A stretch of 64,000 nucleotides of DNA from Dehalococcoides mccartyi (lineage in GTDB: Bacteria; Chloroflexota; Dehalococcoidia; GIF9; DYGU01), in the NCBI GenBank assembly GCA_020724525.1, contig DYGU01000004.1:35100-99099 (forward strand), in the 5' to 3' direction. The notes below the pieces were generated by a model, which made no database searches, was not told the origin of the DNA, and worked only from the letters and a program-made list of their open reading frames with translations. Each line of letters opens with the position of its first letter. Position 1 is the first letter of the stretch. Of the stretch, positions 59,866-64,000 are shown in pieces. Both the position numbers and the translations under genes were made by a program.

Positions 59866-59892
59866 CCCTGAAAAACGAAGTTTTTCAGGGGT
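59866..59892. repeat. Palindromic hairpin repeat, copy 3. Likely the speE terminator.
   Basis: GGGGCC + CCCCTGAAAAAC-GAA-GTTTTTCAGGGG, followed by TTTTAAT. The flank is inverted relative to copy 2. Confidence 0.6.
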
Positions 59893-59893
59893 T

Positions 59894-60811
59894 TTAATAG
59901 GTAAAAATAGGCTTTTGGTCAGTGATGATTCTCTTGGTTATGGCTAACTGGTGGCGGAGGTGTTTGGGGAGGGTAAACAAGGCTTGATGGGTAAGTCCGT
60001 CGTAGAATTTTAGTTTTTTGGACAGTCTTATAGCCAGTCTTTGTTCTATTTCTTTGGCTGATAACTTGGAAGGATTGAGGCTATTTGAGGCGCAGACAAA
60101 GCCCCATGAATCGACAAAGGCAGGAACATAAGCTTGATAGGGGCAGACTATAGGAAATATAGTCTTTAAGGTGTTAACAATGGCAGTGAAGGTTTGCCAG
60201 TTAATTAGGCTCGTTGGTCCAGCTTGGACAGACATTATCCCATCTGGCTTTAGCCTTCCCTTGATTAATTGGTAGAATTCCCGGGTATATAACAAATAGG
60301 CGGGACCACCTTCCATCGGCTCAACCAAGTCAAGGATAATGGTGTCAAACTGCTCTTTACTTTCCTCCAGGTATTCACGAGCCTCGGTGAAATGTAGCTG
60401 GGCACGGGGGTCATTAAAAGAATTCTGGTGAAAAGAAGGGAGAAGCTGGCGACAGATATCAACTACTTCCTGGTCAATGTCCACCATTACTGCCGTTTCT
60501 ACCGATTTATGGGCTAAGACTTCTCTTAAGGTAGCACCTTCACCCCCACCAGCAACAAACACGTTCCGGGGGTTAGGATGGGTAATTAAAGGTGGATGGA
60601 CTAAAGTCTCATGATAAATAAACTCATCCTTCTCACTGGACTGAATTTTGCCATCTAAAACGAGACAAACACCAAAGCTTCCAGTCTCAACAATATCTAT
60701 AGACTGAAATTTGGTCTGCCCTGAATATATTACCTTTCTCAGACTATGGAACTGAATAAGGTCAGGGCTAACACGGTCGCGGAGCCACTTATTTTTATCC
60801 AACCCTTCCAT
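59894..60811 (-). CDS. speE: Spermidine synthase.
   Basis: 305 aa with a GGGEGATLREV SAM-binding motif and a spermidine synthase tetramerisation N-terminus. Confidence 0.9.
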   Translation of the reverse strand: MEGLDKNKWLRDRVSPDLIQFHSLRKVIYSGQTKFQSIDIVETGSFGVCLVLDGKIQSSEKDEFIYHETLVHPPLITHPNPRNVFVAGGGEGATLREVLAHKSVETAVMVDIDQEVVDICRQLLPSFHQNSFNDPRAQLHFTEAREYLEESKEQFDTIILDLVEPMEGGPAYLLYTREFYQLIKGRLKPDGIMSVQAGPTSLINWQTFTAIVNTLKTIFPIVCPYQAYVPAFVDSWGFVCASNSLNPSKLSAKEIEQRLAIRLSKKLKFYDGLTHQALFTLPKHLRHQLAITKRIITDQKPIFTY

Positions 60812-60812
60812 T

Positions 60813-61184
60813 TCAACGGCACTTAAGCTGGCTTTCTGGCATTAAGCCGCGTCTTAATTCAATAAGAGACGAATTCTTCGCCCCCAACTTCTGGATTATT
60901 AGTTCGGCGGCTTTTTCAGGTTGGACGGAGTTACCGCAGGTAAAAATATCTGCAGCAGCATAATTGTATTCAGGCCAGGTATGAATGAACAGGTGGGATT
61001 CAGCAATAATAACCACCCCACTTACTCCTTGGGGGCTAAATTGATAGAAGGACTCGGCAACTACAGTGGCTCCAGCCTCCTCGACAGCAATTCGAAGGCA
61101 GTCTTTAAGAAAATCTAAGTCATTTAGCATCTCCGGGTTACAATCTTTTAGTTCTAATAGTAAGTGTCTTCCGAGAGCATTCAA
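60813..61184 (-). CDS. speH: S-adenosylmethionine decarboxylase proenzyme (small SpeH type).
   Basis: 123 aa with the IIAESHLFIHTWPE self-cleavage motif. Confidence 0.85.
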   Translation of the reverse strand: MNALGRHLLLELKDCNPEMLNDLDFLKDCLRIAVEEAGATVVAESFYQFSPQGVSGVVIIAESHLFIHTWPEYNYAAADIFTCGNSVQPEKAAELIIQKLGAKNSSLIELRRGLMPESQLKCR

Positions 61185-61400
61185 ATCACCTTCCCTCCTT
61201 GAGATTTGGTTTTGGCATTCGCTCTTTTCAAAACCACGGGCGAATTTTATTATAATATGAGTGACTTTATCAATACTTTTGCCAGGATTTTTTAATCAAA
61301 ATGCCCTCATTGGTAAGCCTTGAAGACCGGCTGTTTTCCCAAAGTTCCTTTGACTTAGGCTGGGCAGCTATAGTGGCTTCTGGAGTTCTAAGGACTCGCC

Positions 61401-61799
61401 TTGCTCTATAATGTTTTGTGTCACAGGTTTAGTCTGGAAGTCAAAGCTGGCTATGTGGATGAGGCTTTTGGCTTAGGTCCTCACGTTTTTTCTATTCTGA
61501 CTACCGAGTCTGGGACTATTGATGTCGAAAACATATTCCCTTATGGCTTTGACTATCGGGGGCATATTGACAATCCAGGGAGGCAGGAATGGGGGGACCG
61601 GGAACTGGGAGCTGATATTTATTTAAGTATTGGCAATAGTCTTTTTGAAAAAAGGACTTTGCTAAAGCTATTAAAAATTATGACAAGGCTCTAAAACTGA
61701 ACCCGGAATATGACAAAGCTTACCATAACAAGGGATTAGCCTTGTTAGAGCTGGGCAGGGTGGAGGGAAGCCAAGGAATATCTGGCAAAGTAGATTAAC
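61401..61799 (+). pseudogene. TPR-repeat gene interrupted by a frameshift at a poly-A run.
   Basis: ORF 61401-61694 continues after the A6 tract (about 61650) in another frame as AIKNYDKALKLNPEYDKAYHNKGLALLELGR (a canonical TPR) to a stop at 61797-61799. Confidence 0.3.
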
Positions 61800-62853
61800 T
61801 TTTCAGCCCCAACTCATGATAGAAAAGCTGAAAATCAAAATACTGGTCCAGAATCTGGCTAAATTTTTCCAGTTTTTTTAGACTATGGAATTTTGATTGG
61901 CTTAAGGCTACCTCGATATCCAGTATAGCACTTTTGGTGTCCTGTTTAACCACTATTATAGGTATGCTCTTGCTTTGAGCTTCGTTGAGAATAAGGGATG
62001 ACGGGGGGACATTTCCAGTGAGGATGAGGCACTTAGTTGAGGTCTGTAAGGCAGCTAATTGCATATCAGCTCGGTCTCCCCGGATTATGGCTGCCTTATT
62101 AGCTTTGCGCTCAAAATAATCAATACCGGAATCAGGTGTCATTGCTCCCAGCATTATGTTTTCCACTATCTCGTTTTCAGCTTCAGGGGAAGTTACAATT
62201 TCACCATTTAAACTTTTAACCAGCTCGCCAACAGTGACACCAAGGAGAGTCCGGTCTTCAGGGAGACACCCTAATACTCTTATACCTTCTTTTTGGAACA
62301 AAGACTTTGCTTCTTCCGTTATTGCTTTTAGCTTGGACCGGGGTATATTATTGACGACGACGCCTATCAGTTTTTGCCCCAGGCGCTGGCTAATTTCGGA
62401 GAGCTCTGGGATGGCTAAAGTTTGGGAATAGCGAAGCACAATAATAACTCGAGCATTCAGGGTATCGGTAATCTGGTAGCAGGCTTCAGTAGTTACCTTG
62501 TCTGTTCCAAGCTCGCTTAGCCCCTCCATAAGGACTAAATCTTTACCCTTGGCAATGGTAGTATAGGCTTGTTTGAGTCTCCGCTGGAAATTGTCTACAT
62601 CTGTAGTGAGGTTATGCCACAGGTCACGGCGGAACAGAAGGATGGGTGATAAAGTATCTACAGGTTCTACCAAGCCGAGAGCGGTCTTGATAAAAGAAGT
62701 ATCTTTGTAGCCATCCATAGCACTTGGTTCGGAAAGGCGGACTGGTCTAAAAAAGCTTACCTGTTTATTTTCCTTTAATAATTTTTTGCCAATAGTGGCG
62801 CACAAAGCCGTTTTGCCAGCAGCTTCCCTGGAAGTAAAGTAAACACAAACCAA
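61795..62853 (-). CDS. Stand-alone phosphotransacetylase-N-terminal-like protein (BioD-like + DRTGG domain).
   Basis: N-terminal P-loop-like TSREAAGKT and a DRTGG-type motif (AIIRGDRADMQLAALQTSTKCLILTGN). Confidence 0.65.
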   Translation of the reverse strand: MVCVYFTSREAAGKTALCATIGKKLLKENKQVSFFRPVRLSEPSAMDGYKDTSFIKTALGLVEPVDTLSPILLFRRDLWHNLTTDVDNFQRRLKQAYTTIAKGKDLVLMEGLSELGTDKVTTEACYQITDTLNARVIIVLRYSQTLAIPELSEISQRLGQKLIGVVVNNIPRSKLKAITEEAKSLFQKEGIRVLGCLPEDRTLLGVTVGELVKSLNGEIVTSPEAENEIVENIMLGAMTPDSGIDYFERKANKAAIIRGDRADMQLAALQTSTKCLILTGNVPPSSLILNEAQSKSIPIIVVKQDTKSAILDIEVALSQSKFHSLKKLEKFSQILDQYFDFQLFYHELGLKS

Positions 62854-62869
62854 AGTCTTGTCCTATTCC

Positions 62870-63364
62870 TTATTTCTTTCTTGAGCCTAAGAAGAGACCA
62901 AGGAGAAAAGCGCCGAGAGAAATTAGAGGCCAAATGTCAGGGTCACCTTTCCTTTCTTGTTCTAACTTTGATACTAAATTGTTGTAATCTCTAACTTCGT
63001 CTGGTAAGAAGAATTCGCCCCTTCTTACTTTTGCTAAATAAGTATTTAGTCTCGTTTGTTCCTCTAATAGTAATGGGTTGCTAGCCCTTTCTGGGAGGCG
63101 GGCTAATTCAGCATAAGTTTAGAGAATGTCTTGAAGTTTGCTACCACTAAGAGCTTTTCTATTGTGCAGAAGCCCAATAACGTGACCTACTAAGCCAATC
63201 AATCCGTTAGTTGTTTTGTTAAGCGCACTCAGGCCATGTTCCAAACGGCTAAATCGACCCTCCAAGTATGAGAAAAAACGAATAACAGCAACAATACCAC
63301 CAATAATAGCTACAATAATGCCTAATAGTATGAGAACTGAAATTGTTGTCATGGTTATAACCAA
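62870..63364 (-). pseudogene. Small two-TM membrane-protein gene containing an in-frame TAA (63119-63121). Alternatively an 81 aa product (63119-63364) plus a start-less downstream ORF.
   Basis: 81 aa N-terminal ORF (TM helix ISVLILLGIIVAIIGGIVAVI). After the TAA the same frame continues for about 82 codons with a second TM helix (IWPLISLGAFLLGLFLG), without any Met. Confidence 0.4.
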
Positions 63365-63538
63365 CTCATAAGTAAAGTAATACCTCTTATTATAGCATCC
63401 TTTACAATAAGATAAAGACCAGTCTATAATATAAGCGGAAGAAAAATTAAGAACTTGGGCTGAGCAGTATGACTGAGAGTCCTTAGCTCTCAGTTTTTTA
63501 ATACCTGACTGAATAAGTTTTCGACAAGGAGGGTCGTT

Positions 63539-64000
63539 GTGGGACAGAAAGAGCTTTTTATTACCAAGGAAGGATTGAAGAAGTTACAAGCCGAATTAAA
63601 CTATTTGCGTTCGGTGCGAAGGCAAGAAGTAGCTGAAAAGATTAAGAGAGCTATAGAGGTGGGTGGCACTGAAAATAATGCCGAATATGAAGATGCTAAG
63701 AATGACCAGGCTTTTGTCGAGGGCAGAATCCTGACTCTGGAAAATATGATTAGAAAAGCGGTGATTATTAACCAAAAAACTGGTTCAGGCAGAGTGACTC
63801 TTGGCTCCCGGGTATTACTGCGCAATCAGGATGGGAAGATAGAGCAATTTGTTATTGTTGGTAGCGCTGAGGCTAATCCTATTAATGGCAAGATTTCTAA
63901 TGAGTCACCAGTGGGACAGGCGCTTCTGGGTCGGGCGGTGGGGGATGAGGTTGAAGTGCCCACCCCGGCAGGGGTGCTCAAATTGGTGGTGATGGAAATA
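63539..64000 (+). CDS. greA: Transcription elongation factor GreA (GTG start; partial, runs off the window end).
   Basis: RBS aaggaggg 6 nt before GTG. Translation KELFITKEGLKKLQAELNYLRSVRRQEVAEKIKRAIEVGGTENNAEYEDAKNDQAFVEGRILTLE matches the GreA coiled-coil and C-terminal FKBP-like domain. Confidence 0.85.
   Translation, partial: MGQKELFITKEGLKKLQAELNYLRSVRRQEVAEKIKRAIEVGGTENNAEYEDAKNDQAFVEGRILTLENMIRKAVIINQKTGSGRVTLGSRVLLRNQDGKIEQFVIVGSAEANPINGKISNESPVGQALLGRAVGDEVEVPTPAGVLKLVVMEI

Overview
This 64 kb window is a bacterial chromosomal segment centred on the replication-origin neighbourhood (gyrA fragment, fmt, dnaA, nadD, gyrB, hisS, relA, rpsT). Composition and a family of GC-clamped palindromic hairpin repeats loosely suggest a Chloroflexota or Dehalococcoidia-like organism, but the lineage call is low confidence. 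Most of the window is housekeeping: lysC, apgM, one tRNA-Pro, mazG, fmt, dnaA, nadD, gyrB, hisS, relA, rpsT, ilvE, dinB, pyrF, folC, tldD/pmbA, mutL, pcrA, speE/speH and greA. The standout is a 16 kb Wood-Ljungdahl carbonyl-branch cluster (38.4-54.6 kb): acsE, acsD, then archaeal-type cdhA-cdhB-cdhC and the large corrinoid Fe-S subunit (acsC/cdhE), then nuoEF-like genes and cooC. It is interrupted between acsD and cdhA by a compositionally distinct NuoE/NuoF/polyferredoxin/NuoG-like module (40.3-45.5 kb). A degenerate duplicate of the acsD 3' end (45.68-45.82 kb) marks the junction. Accessory or decayed features are: an AT-rich island with a TaqI-like N6-adenine methyltransferase; two MITE-like elements with terminal inverted repeats flanking a frameshifted aminotransferase; several other frameshifted or truncated genes (transglutaminase-like, MFS transporter, FrhB-like fragment, TPR); an overlapping two-gene cassette of unknown function (21.8-24.0 kb); and a membrane-protein gene with an in-frame TAA. 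I found no rRNA, CRISPR array, integrase or transposase. Every call rests on reading the ORF translations and DNA by eye; no searches were run.
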